Shown: piece by piece, positions 26,705 to 36,107 of the stretch
How the letters are laid out: every line of letters begins with the position of its first letter
Numbering within the stretch: the stretch's first letter is position 1
NCBI GenBank assembly: GCA_944326515.1
Contig: CALVEI010000001.1
Span: 73,604-137,603, forward strand
DNA length: 64,000 nucleotides
Source of the DNA: Candidatus Gastranaerophilales bacterium
Lineage (GTDB): Bacteria; Cyanobacteriota; Vampirovibrionia; Gastranaerophilales; Gastranaerophilaceae
Direction: 5' to 3'
Position numbers and translations under genes: made by a program
The notes under the pieces: generated by a model
What the model saw: the letters and a program-made list of their open reading frames with translations, nothing else
What the model was told of the DNA's origin: nothing
The model's database searches: none

Positions 26705-28081
26705 ATGGTTCAAATTGCTTTTATACCAATAGATAATAGGCCTGTTTGTTATACGCTTGCTCAGCAAATTGCAGATATAGATGATGATTTGCATTTGTTT
26801 TTGCCTGACAGAAATTTGCTTGGCGATTTGACAAAAACAGCCGATGTGCAAGGTATTTTGGATTGGTTAGAAAATTTGCACGAGGTTGATAAGGTAATAG
26901 TTTCGCTTGATACTATTGCTTATGGTGGGTTGGTTCCGTCAAGAAGGTGCAATGATAAGTTTGAACAGATTGTTGAGCGATTAGAAAAATTTAAAAAAAT
27001 TCTTGAAAAAAAGAACACTCAAGTTTATGCTTTTTCGAGCATAATGCGTATTTCTAACAATAATTTTAACGAAGAAGAAAAAGAGTACTGGAACTTGTAC
27101 GGAAAAGAAATTTTTAAGTATTCTTTTGACTATCACAAAAACGGTTATGCAAAAACCAGTGTGCCCTCTGAGATTTTGGACGATTATTTAAAAACAAGAA
27201 ATAGAAATTTTGAGATAAACAAGTTGTATATAAAATGGTCTGAAGAAAACTTTTTTAATACTCTTGTTTTTTCAAAAGATGATTGCGCTGAGTACGGTTT
27301 GAATGTTGCTGAGGCAAAGGTTTTAAATATTAATATCGCTGCAAATAAACTTAATGCATTGATAAAAACAGGTGCGGATGAAATCCCACTTACTCTTTTG
27401 GCACGTGCGATTGCTGAGGAGAAAAAATTAAAGATAGCTCCGGTTTTCACTCAACCTGATTTTGTTAATAAAATTTCTAAGTATGAAGATGTTTCTGTGT
27501 ATGATTCCGTTAAGGGGCAGATTGAGCTTGCAGGGGCAGAAGTTTCTTCACAAAAAGATGCCGATATAGTTTTGCTTGTGAATAATTTTAAAGATGAGCA
27601 GGGTGAACTTGTTATGGGCGTTGATGTTGAAGCGTTCTCAGGAGACTTGCAAATTCCCCAAAAACCTTATTTTATTGCTGATATTCTTAACGCTAACGGT
27701 GCTGATAACTGTTTTGTAGAGAAATTTTTTGAAAATAAAATTGATTGGAATAATTTTTTAGGCTATGGCGCCTGGAACACTACAGGTAATACGCTTGGTA
27801 GTATTATATGTTGTGCATTTGTTAAATATTTGGCAAAAAATTCAGATATAAATGCATTCAAAAAGGTTCAAGCTGTTCGTTTTCTTGATGATTGGGCTTA
27901 TCAGGCAAATGTGAGAAAAATCCTTAAATCTCGATTAAAAAACATAAATATAGACGAGCTCGAAAAAGAAATGAAGCCTTATGAAGGATTTTTAGAAGAA
28001 AAATTTGATGTAAAATTTCCAAAGATAAAATATTCTTATCCGTGGAACAGATTTTTTGAAATAGAGGTAGATATATTATGA
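26705..28081 (+). CDS. Uncharacterised protein, DUF4127-like
   Basis: Starts MVQIAFIPIDNRPVCYT, an N-terminus I associate with the DUF4127 family. It begins 5 nt after the ilvN stop, and its stop overlaps the next start (ATGA). Confidence 0.55.
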   Translation: MVQIAFIPIDNRPVCYTLAQQIADIDDDLHLFLPDRNLLGDLTKTADVQGILDWLENLHEVDKVIVSLDTIAYGGLVPSRRCNDKFEQIVERLEKFKKILEKKNTQVYAFSSIMRISNNNFNEEEKEYWNLYGKEIFKYSFDYHKNGYAKTSVPSEILDDYLKTRNRNFEINKLYIKWSEENFFNTLVFSKDDCAEYGLNVAEAKVLNINIAANKLNALIKTGADEIPLTLLARAIAEEKKLKIAPVFTQPDFVNKISKYEDVSVYDSVKGQIELAGAEVSSQKDADIVLLVNNFKDEQGELVMGVDVEAFSGDLQIPQKPYFIADILNANGADNCFVEKFFENKIDWNNFLGYGAWNTTGNTLGSIICCAFVKYLAKNSDINAFKKVQAVRFLDDWAYQANVRKILKSRLKNINIDELEKEMKPYEGFLEEKFDVKFPKIKYSYPWNRFFEIEVDIL

Positions 28082-29337
28082 CAAAAGATATTAAAGATTT
28101 AAGAAACGAAAATGAACTAATAGATTTATTTTGTACATTAGCGCAAATTCCTTCTCCGTCAGGCGAAGAAGATAAAGTATCTGCAAAGATTGTGGAAATT
28201 TTAACACAAGCAGGTATCGATGCTAAAGAAGACCACTTTAAAAACGTAAGAGCAAAAATTTCTGCGACAAATCCTAATAAAAAACCTATTCTTTTATCAG
28301 CTCACATGGATGTTGTAGGTGATGCATCTGCTGTTAATATAAGAATTTCTGAAGACGGACAGTATATAGAAACTGACAAATCAAGACCATTAGGTTCTGA
28401 TGACAAAGTTGGTGTTGCTGCCGCTATGTATTTGGCTTTGAATTTGGTTAAAAACCCTGATATGGTTCAAGGCGGACATGGCGGTTTGGAGCTTGTTTTT
28501 ACTAAAGACGAAGAACAAAACATGACAGGTATTCATAACGTAAAATTTGATGAAATAGATTCTGAATACGTTCTTGTTCTTGATGCTGATAAGTTAGGTC
28601 AAATTCAAATTTCAGGCGCAAGCTACACAAACGGTACATTAACGGTAACGTCTTTAAAAGGCGGACATTCAGGTATTGATATAGGTGATAAAACAAGACT
28701 TAATGCAGTAAAACTTATTGCAGAACTTGTTAATGAAATTCCGCAAGGTGAATACAAACGTGATGAATACGGTACTGTTACGTCAATTAATATTGGTTGC
28801 ATTGTAGGTGGTGGTGTTGAACCAGTTGTTCAAAAAATTGCTCAAAAAGGCATAGAAGCTGACAGTTATATTGAATATGTTGCTAATAACTGTTTAACAA
28901 ACATTATTAACACAAAAGCTATGGCAAAATATTCTATCAGAAGTTCAGAAGAAGATAATGAACAACAGCTTATCAATGATATTCATAAAATCGTTGAGCA
29001 ATTTAATAAAAAATATGAAGGGCTTGCTGTTGCAGAGTTTGTTGCTCAGTCAAAAATGAAAGCGTTTGAAAAATCAGATGATGAAACTATCCAAAAAGTA
29101 TGCGTACAGGCATGTGACAATATTGGCATAAAAGGTGATGTTTCTTCTTTCCATGCTGGAGCAGAAACTCATATTTATGCACATGAAAAAAACAAACACT
29201 GTCAGATTTTAAAACCTTATTTGCTTGGTCTTGCAGATATTTATAATATGCATTCAAGCGACGAAATGGTTAATATAGATTCTTTCTTAAAAGGTTATGA
29301 ATTTTTAAAAGAATCTTTTATAATATTCAACAAATAA
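28078..29337 (+). CDS. M20-family metallopeptidase (PepT/tripeptidase-like)
   Basis: LLSAHMDVV, GSDDKVG and TKDEE metal-ligand and catalytic motifs in M20 order. Confidence 0.75.
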   Translation: MTKDIKDLRNENELIDLFCTLAQIPSPSGEEDKVSAKIVEILTQAGIDAKEDHFKNVRAKISATNPNKKPILLSAHMDVVGDASAVNIRISEDGQYIETDKSRPLGSDDKVGVAAAMYLALNLVKNPDMVQGGHGGLELVFTKDEEQNMTGIHNVKFDEIDSEYVLVLDADKLGQIQISGASYTNGTLTVTSLKGGHSGIDIGDKTRLNAVKLIAELVNEIPQGEYKRDEYGTVTSINIGCIVGGGVEPVVQKIAQKGIEADSYIEYVANNCLTNIINTKAMAKYSIRSSEEDNEQQLINDIHKIVEQFNKKYEGLAVAEFVAQSKMKAFEKSDDETIQKVCVQACDNIGIKGDVSSFHAGAETHIYAHEKNKHCQILKPYLLGLADIYNMHSSDEMVNIDSFLKGYEFLKESFIIFNK

Positions 29338-29349
29338 GGAGTTTTGTGT

Positions 29350-29760
29350 ATGAAAAAATATAGTTTAATTATAATAATAGCATTTTTGATAGTTTCTTTG
29401 CCTGTTTTTGCGGCAAGAAATATGAATAAAGATAAAATTACAGATAGTATTAGAGATTGTTCTTATTTTCAAACCACGACTTATATACCTAGAGATACCG
29501 GTAGTATAAAATTTAAGGAAAATATTAAAGGCTATGTTGACGGAAAATGTCGTTATGTAATGGAATGGTATTATCCAAATGCTAATGCAAGAGGTTTGAT
29601 ATGTGATATGAATGATGAACAGCGTAATATGCTATATAATAAAAAAATTGGTAATAGTCATGGTTTGCAGGGTAAGTATCTTCAATGCAGCAGTTACCAA
29701 CTTATTAACAATCAATGGCAAAAAGATCAAGAGAGTACAAGGTTTGATTTGTCAGAATAA
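29350..29760 (+). CDS. Small secreted Cys-containing hypothetical protein
   Basis: Signal peptide MKKYSLIIIIAFLIVSLPVFA. AAGGAG lies 8 nt upstream. Confidence 0.55.
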   Translation: MKKYSLIIIIAFLIVSLPVFAARNMNKDKITDSIRDCSYFQTTTYIPRDTGSIKFKENIKGYVDGKCRYVMEWYYPNANARGLICDMNDEQRNMLYNKKIGNSHGLQGKYLQCSSYQLINNQWQKDQESTRFDLSE

Positions 29761-29787
29761 GCTTTGATAAACATATTAAAGAAATTG

Positions 29788-29842
29788 CCCCGTATAGATA
29801 TTTTTAGTAAAATTGATTACGACTAAAATACATAACACGGGG
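29788..29842 (+). promoter_or_regulatory. Two-stem hairpin that pairs the GGGG tract just upstream of the TTG start at 29850 (terminator, attenuator or RBS-sequestering leader)
   Basis: CCCCGT (29788-29793) pairs with ACGGGG (29837-29842). An inner stem pairs 29802-29808 with 29822-29828, with a 13-nt loop. TATTTTCT follows, then TTG. Confidence 0.4.
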
Positions 29843-29849
29843 TATTTTC

Positions 29850-30938
29850 TTGAAAACATTAACACTAAAAGCTACTGCTGTCGGAAGTTTGCCGCACAAA
29901 AACTCAAAAGATGCTATAGATTTAATATTTAACGAATTTAAAGAGATTCCTTTTTGGCCTCAGTTGTCAGGTGTCAATAAGCATGAAGAAATGACGGTAC
30001 AGTATATTCAAGGTATTCCCGGGATTATATACGACGAAGAAAACTGCAAATATATTTATGATGCTCAGTCAGATGAATTTTTTGAAGCTCTTGAAGAGTT
30101 TTTTATGGACTATGAGTCTATAGTAAACGAAAAAGATTTTACCAACCTTGACAAATACGCTATTACAGAGCCGTTTTCGTCTGCAATACCTTTGTATTTA
30201 GACAAATTTAAACAAGGTAATTATGAATTTGCAAAATGTCACATAATTGGCCCTTTTACTTGGGGGACAAGTTTGTGTGACAGTTCTAATCTGTGTGCTT
30301 TTTATGACGAAACATACAGAGAAGTGCTAATAAAAGGTTTGACACTAAAAGCGATATGGCAAATAATGCAAGTTAAAAAAGCTAATCCTAACGCAACAAC
30401 AATAATGTTTATGGATGAGCCTGTGATGTCACAATTTGGCACGTCTGCGTTTATAACCGTTAAAAAAGAAGAAGTTGTTGAAGCTTTAGCAGAGATTGCC
30501 AATGTGATAAAAGATTTTGGTGCTTTGTGTGCTGTGCATTGTTGCGGAAAATCGGACTGGTCTGTGTTAACTGATGCTGGCGTAAATATTATTAATTTTG
30601 ATGCTTTTGGATATGCAAAAAGCCTTGGTGCTTATGCAAAAGATATTGAAAGCTTTTTGAAAGACGGTGGTTATATAGCTTGGGGGCTTGTGCCAACTCT
30701 TGATAAGGATGCACTTGAAAAAACAAATCTTATTGAACTTGAAAAAAAATATGAAGATGCTGTTGATGATCTTGTTAACAAATCAAAAGGCAAAATAGAC
30801 AGAGACTTGATTATACAGCAGAGCTTTTTTACTCCGTCTTGCGGGGCGGGTTCTTTAACTATGCCGCTTGCGCAAAAAGCTATGAAACTTGTTAATGAAT
30901 TGTCAGAGCATTTGAAAACAAAATATGGGGTGAATTAA
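29850..30938 (+). CDS. Stand-alone MetE catalytic-domain-like (cobalamin-independent methionine synthase C-terminal fold) protein, TTG start
   Basis: N-terminal ATAVGSLPH. Candidate Zn ligands VHCCG (HxC) and TPSCGAGS (compare PDCGLK in MetE). 362 aa, lacking the MetE N-terminal half. Confidence 0.6.
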   Translation: MKTLTLKATAVGSLPHKNSKDAIDLIFNEFKEIPFWPQLSGVNKHEEMTVQYIQGIPGIIYDEENCKYIYDAQSDEFFEALEEFFMDYESIVNEKDFTNLDKYAITEPFSSAIPLYLDKFKQGNYEFAKCHIIGPFTWGTSLCDSSNLCAFYDETYREVLIKGLTLKAIWQIMQVKKANPNATTIMFMDEPVMSQFGTSAFITVKKEEVVEALAEIANVIKDFGALCAVHCCGKSDWSVLTDAGVNIINFDAFGYAKSLGAYAKDIESFLKDGGYIAWGLVPTLDKDALEKTNLIELEKKYEDAVDDLVNKSKGKIDRDLIIQQSFFTPSCGAGSLTMPLAQKAMKLVNELSEHLKTKYGVN

Positions 30939-31687
30939 TGACATTATCAATTGCAATTACAGGAAAAAGCGGTAGCGGAAAAACAACTGTAACAAAGAAT
31001 TTTGTTAAAGTTTTAAAAGAAACTTACCCTGACAAATCGATTTTGCTTTTTGATAATGATTTATCTACAGAGCTTGCACATAGCTATGGCATGGATGTAA
31101 GAAATACCATCTATGGTATCAGAAGCGGAAAGCACGAGTATAAAACCGGTATTCCTTCTCGCATGACAAAACAGGAATATATTGAGTGGGCTATAGAAGA
31201 TATTATTGTAGAAGTTGAAGAAAATGTTGACTTGATTGTATCTTGGCTCGTTCCGTCAAAAGATTGCAGATGTCCTATAACAGGTCAAATTAGTTATGCT
31301 GTTAAAAAGTTGATAGACAGATATGATATAGTTGTTTTTGATTGCGAATTTGATTTAAAATATCTTCACCAGCTTGTTGATATTCCGATGGATGTCACTT
31401 TGATTATTGCAAAACCTGTAGAAGAATCTATTTTTCTTGCGCAAAGAATTGAAGAATTTTCAGCAAAATACGCTGCAGGCGGGCAAATGGCTTTAATCTT
31501 AAATAACGTTGATAATGAGCAACACAATAAGGTTCATGATTATTTGAGCAAATATAGCCTTGAAGTTTTAGGCCTTATTCCAAAAGATAAGGATTTGACG
31601 GAACATTCTATCGATAAAAATTCAAAAGTTGTAGAAGATGCAATAAGAGGGTTTTATTTTAGATTAAATCTTCCTCAGGTAAGGTAA
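30938..31687 (+). CDS. CooC-type MinD/ParA-superfamily ATPase with a CxC metal motif
   Basis: Deviant Walker A GKSGSGKTT and a CRC motif (SKDCRCPITG) in the position of the CooC Ni-binding CxC. Its start overlaps the upstream stop by 1 nt (TAATG). Confidence 0.65.
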   Translation: MTLSIAITGKSGSGKTTVTKNFVKVLKETYPDKSILLFDNDLSTELAHSYGMDVRNTIYGIRSGKHEYKTGIPSRMTKQEYIEWAIEDIIVEVEENVDLIVSWLVPSKDCRCPITGQISYAVKKLIDRYDIVVFDCEFDLKYLHQLVDIPMDVTLIIAKPVEESIFLAQRIEEFSAKYAAGGQMALILNNVDNEQHNKVHDYLSKYSLEVLGLIPKDKDLTEHSIDKNSKVVEDAIRGFYFRLNLPQVR

Positions 31688-31701
31688 TATTAGGAAAAAA
31701 C

Positions 31702-32547
31702 ATGGCACAAATAATAGACGGCAAATTAGTTTCAAAAAAAATATTAGAAAATCTTTCTGACGAAATTCTTTTTCTTGAGAAGAAACCGTCACTTACCGTT
31801 ATTATTGTGGGTGAAGACCCTGCCAGCAAAATTTATGTTAATTTAAAAAAGAAAAAAGCTCAGGAGCTTGGTATTCATTCAAATGTTATAGAAATGCCAG
31901 AGTCTGTTTCTCAAAAAGAGCTTTTGGACAAGATTGAAGAGCTGAATAATGATGATTCGGTTAACGCTGTTTTGGTCCAGTTACCTTTACCAAAACACAT
32001 TGATACAAAAGCTGTTATAGAAAAAATCAACCCTATAAAAGATGTTGATTGTTTTCATCCTTATAACATGGGGCAAATTGCAACAAATGGAAAGCCTTAC
32101 GTCTATCCTTGCACTCCTAAAGGGATAATAAGACTTTTGGAATATTATGATATTCCAATTGAAGGTAAAAATGCAGTTGTTATAGGCCGTTCTAATATTG
32201 TTGGACGTCCTGTTGCTCAAATGTTATTAAATCAAAATGCAACGGTGACAATATGTCATAGCAAGACAAAAAACCTTGATGCTATTGTAAAAAATGCGGA
32301 CATTATTATATCTGCAGTCGGACAAAAAAATCTTATCAAAGCCGATATGGTTAAAGATGGTGCGGTTGTTATAGATGTCGGCATGAATAGGGCTGATGAC
32401 GGCAAGCTATGTGGTGATGTTGATTTTTATAATGTAGAGAAAAAAGCCGCATTTATAACGCCTGTCCCTGGTGGCGTTGGGCCTATGACAATATGTTCGT
32501 TGATGCAAAATACTTTTGATTTGTATAAAATACAGAATGGAAGTTAA
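31702..32547 (+). CDS. folD: Bifunctional methylenetetrahydrofolate dehydrogenase/cyclohydrolase
   Basis: IIDGK..., VQLPLPKHID, GRSNIVGRPVAQMLL, TPVPGGVGPMT. Confidence 0.95.
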   Translation: MAQIIDGKLVSKKILENLSDEILFLEKKPSLTVIIVGEDPASKIYVNLKKKKAQELGIHSNVIEMPESVSQKELLDKIEELNNDDSVNAVLVQLPLPKHIDTKAVIEKINPIKDVDCFHPYNMGQIATNGKPYVYPCTPKGIIRLLEYYDIPIEGKNAVVIGRSNIVGRPVAQMLLNQNATVTICHSKTKNLDAIVKNADIIISAVGQKNLIKADMVKDGAVVIDVGMNRADDGKLCGDVDFYNVEKKAAFITPVPGGVGPMTICSLMQNTFDLYKIQNGS

Positions 32548-32559
32548 AAAGGATTTTGT

Positions 32560-33387
32560 ATGGGTAATTTTAAATATACATATAATGTAGAAGAATTTGA
32601 CAGATTTTTTAATACACGTCTTTTGCCCATGCTAAAATCTATGTCTGATAAAAGATTTTTGCCGCTCCCTTGGGTAAAAAAAACAATGGCAAAAGAAGCT
32701 TTTGATGTTGTTTGTAATATATTGGGACGTTTTACTTCTTATGAAGAAAAATATACACAAAATTTTGATAATCTTTTGAGAGATTTAAGGCTTTTTCCTG
32801 ATTTCTTTTCTGTTAAATACAATGCCTGCTTTAAAGGTAACAGCTCAGGTAGAGATTTTGATGCAAAATCTTTGGAATTGTATAAAAATGATGGCAGAAA
32901 AAACAAGCTTGTTTGGGATGGTGTTTTGATATCTGTTCCTTTTCATCAAAAAACGTATGGTAAAATATTTTTTAAAAAAAGAAATACAGCATTTGATAAT
33001 AATGATGCAATAAAAGTTATATTTAATAATAAAAATTACGAAGATATATCTGAAAAATCAGTTCTAAAAAAAGGCGAAACATATTTAGATATAGTTGCTC
33101 AAAATTATTTTATCACTTTTACGAATAAGCAAGATCAACAAAATTTTTCTAACGAAGAATTTTGTAAAAAGATATGCACAGTTATAAAAAAATATAACTG
33201 TAATATTTCGTTTACAATCTTGAACAATTATTTATTTGTTGCTATTAGTAGTATAGAGAATCATTCTTCGTATTCTGAAAACGGTTGGTTTGATTTTAAT
33301 TGTGATTTTACTGACGAAGATTTTATGAAAGATGTTTTTCAACAGTTTGAAACTGTTGTTATGACTCTTAAACTATTAAATTCATAA
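32560..33387 (+). CDS. Hypothetical protein, paralog 1 of a tandem family (no TM segments)
   Basis: Shares the N-terminal FFN..LLP motif, the mid VWDGVLISVPF block and the C-terminal NGWFDF block with the next two ORFs. Confidence 0.55.
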   Translation: MGNFKYTYNVEEFDRFFNTRLLPMLKSMSDKRFLPLPWVKKTMAKEAFDVVCNILGRFTSYEEKYTQNFDNLLRDLRLFPDFFSVKYNACFKGNSSGRDFDAKSLELYKNDGRKNKLVWDGVLISVPFHQKTYGKIFFKKRNTAFDNNDAIKVIFNNKNYEDISEKSVLKKGETYLDIVAQNYFITFTNKQDQQNFSNEEFCKKICTVIKKYNCNISFTILNNYLFVAISSIENHSSYSENGWFDFNCDFTDEDFMKDVFQQFETVVMTLKLLNS

Positions 33388-33401
33388 TTTGAGGATAAAA
33401 A

Positions 33402-34355
33402 ATGTATAATAACGAGTATTTGGAGTTTTTTAATAAATATATACAACCACATACAAAGGAGTTTGAACAAATAAGATATAACTATCTGACGTGGTATGTT
33501 TCTATTTATATGGTTGCGATAGTTTTAATTGTGGGGATATTTTGCAAACTCGATATCATTAACAATTTGTATAATATAAATAAATGGTTTACGTTTATTT
33601 ACAGTTTTTGCATAGTTATTATGCTGGCTCATCCTGCAGCTTGTATGATGATTACAAGGTATAGATCCGTAGTAAAAGAAAGATTTTTAAAAATATTATT
33701 AGAAAAACTATACGGGCTTAAATATTACAACCCCAATCCGACAATACTTAGCAACCTTTTAGCCTCTTGTGGCTCAAATGAGCCCGCACATCATATTGAT
33801 GCTGAAGAGTTACGTTCTTTGTCGGTTTTAAGACAGCATTCCTCGATTTCGTATGATGATTATATTAAAGGAAAATACAAAGATTTAGGTATAGAAATAC
33901 AGGAATTATCTTTATATAGACGTATGAAAAATTCTAATGAATGTTTATTCCACGGCTTGATTATGTCAGTTGATGTGAAAAAAGAATTTAAGAATAAAAC
34001 TGTATTTTATGCAGATAAAGAATTGAAATATGATGCTTATATAAATGGGTTGAAACCTGTTTATACCGAGGATGTAGAATTTAATAAGATGTTTAATGTC
34101 TATACTAACGACCAAATAGAGGCAAGGTATATATTTAGCCCTATTTTTATAGAAAAAATGAAATCTCTTATTGTCAAAAATCCTCAATATAAAATTAGTG
34201 GAGAATTTTATAATAAAAAATTGTATATTGTATTGTCTTCTGACAAAAATTGGTTTGAAATTCCATTTTTTAAGTCGGCTGAAAATATTTCTGTTTTTTA
34301 TCAACCTGTGAATGATATATGCAATTTACTTTTAATAGCTGATAATGTTTTGTAA
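33402..34355 (+). CDS. Hypothetical membrane protein, paralog 2 (possibly DUF3137-like)
   Basis: Two TM segments, then YDDYIKGKYKDLGIEIQEL, FHGLIMSV, YTNDQIEARYIFSPIFIEKM, NWFEIPFFKS. Confidence 0.6.
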   Translation: MYNNEYLEFFNKYIQPHTKEFEQIRYNYLTWYVSIYMVAIVLIVGIFCKLDIINNLYNINKWFTFIYSFCIVIMLAHPAACMMITRYRSVVKERFLKILLEKLYGLKYYNPNPTILSNLLASCGSNEPAHHIDAEELRSLSVLRQHSSISYDDYIKGKYKDLGIEIQELSLYRRMKNSNECLFHGLIMSVDVKKEFKNKTVFYADKELKYDAYINGLKPVYTEDVEFNKMFNVYTNDQIEARYIFSPIFIEKMKSLIVKNPQYKISGEFYNKKLYIVLSSDKNWFEIPFFKSAENISVFYQPVNDICNLLLIADNVL

Positions 34356-34400
34356 TAAAAATACTATAATTAATATAAATTATTAATTAGGAGATTTTTT

Positions 34401-35684
34401 ATGCCTCAACAACAAGTGCAACAAAATAAAAATGCAAACAATTTCATGAGTTATTTCAATTCTAAAGTATTGCCAAATACTAATATTGTAGAAAATGTTC
34501 GTTCAAAAATTAATATAGCTTTTTGGATTTGGTCTGCAATAATTCTTGCAGTTACTTTATTTATTGTTTATATTGTGCTAACCAGCAAAGCTATGTCCAA
34601 AGATAATTTGCTTTGGGCTATAACAATGGTTGTTTTGTTTTTCCTTGCTTTTGTTTTAGGACCTTTTACAACAATAAAAAAAGCATACGGTATGTTTGCT
34701 AAAGAAAAAATAATACCTTCATTGTTGGGCTTTTGGGGCGATTTTACTTATGTTCCTCCAATAAATTTGGTTTCTTCATTATATAAAGCGATTAAAGACA
34801 AAACAGGTATTAAAGGATTTTTTGCTGAATTATATAAAGACAAAAAATCAAATATTTCTGTAAATCGATCAATATTGGCTCGTATTTTAAAGTTCAATGG
34901 TATTACTTATGATGATAAAATTGTAGGCAAACATAACGATGTAGAAATTGAAATTGCTGAACTTGCTACTACATATACAACACAAAGTCGAGATAATGAA
35001 GGAAAACGAACTAAATCGACAACCACGACTTTTGAAGGTGTAGTTTTTAGTACAAAAATGAACAAAAACTTTAAGGGAATTACAATATTATCTTGTGACA
35101 ATATTAATAAAAACAGAGCTAAATATCCTATGATGGGTGTAGAAGCCATAGGTTCGATGAATTTAACAGATGCATTGTCTTTTGGACAAAATTTGGCAAA
35201 TATGGGTGGAGCTATAAAAGATTTAGCTAATACCGTAAAAGACATGAAAGGTAAATCTCCCGAAGAGATTGAAGCTGCTCTTAAAGAAAAGTATGGGGAA
35301 AACCAAGCAGATAATAATAAATACGGGAATTGTTCTGAATTTGAAGATGTCTTTCTTGAAGATCCTCTATTTACAAGCAAGTTTAAATTATGTTCTACAG
35401 ACCAAATAGAAGCCAGATATATTTTTACAACTGCTTTTATAAACAGATTTATGAAAATAGCTGAAAAATTCAATTATAAGTTACATGCAATATTTATAAA
35501 TAACAATGTTTATATACTCATTGATACAGGGCGCGGTTTTCAACTTAAACAAAAAAACTGGTTTGAAATTCCGTTCTTTAAATCTTGCAGTGATGCTCAA
35601 AACTATCAAGATTTTCTCAATGATTTTTCAAGATTGCTTGGTATAGTAGAAACTCTTAAATTAAATCAAAACATTGGTCTGTAA
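34401..35684 (+). CDS. Hypothetical membrane protein, paralog 3 with an insertion of about 100 aa
   Basis: Same motif order as paralog 2: YDDKIVGKHNDVEIEIAEL, FEGVVFST, STDQIEARYIFTTAFINRFM, NWFEIPFFKS. Confidence 0.6.
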   Translation: MPQQQVQQNKNANNFMSYFNSKVLPNTNIVENVRSKINIAFWIWSAIILAVTLFIVYIVLTSKAMSKDNLLWAITMVVLFFLAFVLGPFTTIKKAYGMFAKEKIIPSLLGFWGDFTYVPPINLVSSLYKAIKDKTGIKGFFAELYKDKKSNISVNRSILARILKFNGITYDDKIVGKHNDVEIEIAELATTYTTQSRDNEGKRTKSTTTTFEGVVFSTKMNKNFKGITILSCDNINKNRAKYPMMGVEAIGSMNLTDALSFGQNLANMGGAIKDLANTVKDMKGKSPEEIEAALKEKYGENQADNNKYGNCSEFEDVFLEDPLFTSKFKLCSTDQIEARYIFTTAFINRFMKIAEKFNYKLHAIFINNNVYILIDTGRGFQLKQKNWFEIPFFKSCSDAQNYQDFLNDFSRLLGIVETLKLNQNIGL

Positions 35685-35749
35685 TTTAGACATTGCAGAT
35701 AGATGAAAATTATACTATAATTCCGTTATACAGATTTTTAGGTGGAAAA

Positions 35750-36097
35750 ATGGCAAAACATAACGATACAATTCCTATAGAGGTGTGCATATTAACAGTA
35801 GATCATGATATTAAAGGTACTGTTCACGTTTCTAAGTATACAAATACAAACCGTGAATTGACTGACCTTTTGAATGATAAGGAAAGAAGATTTTTGGCGG
35901 TTACTAACGTTGAGATTTATCCTCGTAATTCAAACCAACCTCCAAGAAGATACAACTTCCTTGAAATCCACATGGATTATGTATTGATGGTTCATCCTTC
36001 TTCTCAAGTTGTGTTTAAAGAATCATCAAAAGCTCAGGAAGATATTGCCAGATTTAGAGAATTAAGAAACAAATTAAGCCAGACTAAACCGTTTTAA
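35750..36097 (+). CDS. Small hypothetical protein (beta-rich N-domain with an R..TDLLN...FLAVTN motif)
   Basis: Internal Met preceded by AGGTGG. 115 aa. The motif pattern is recurrent in small uncharacterised bacterial proteins. Confidence 0.5.
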   Translation: MAKHNDTIPIEVCILTVDHDIKGTVHVSKYTNTNRELTDLLNDKERRFLAVTNVEIYPRNSNQPPRRYNFLEIHMDYVLMVHPSSQVVFKESSKAQEDIARFRELRNKLSQTKPF

Positions 36098-36107
36098 GGC
36101 ATAGAGT

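Noticed and set aside
34907-35473. 188-aa minus-strand ORF inside paralog 3
   Set aside because: It is a shadow ORF antisense to a well-supported CDS, with low-complexity Ser/Leu-rich content.
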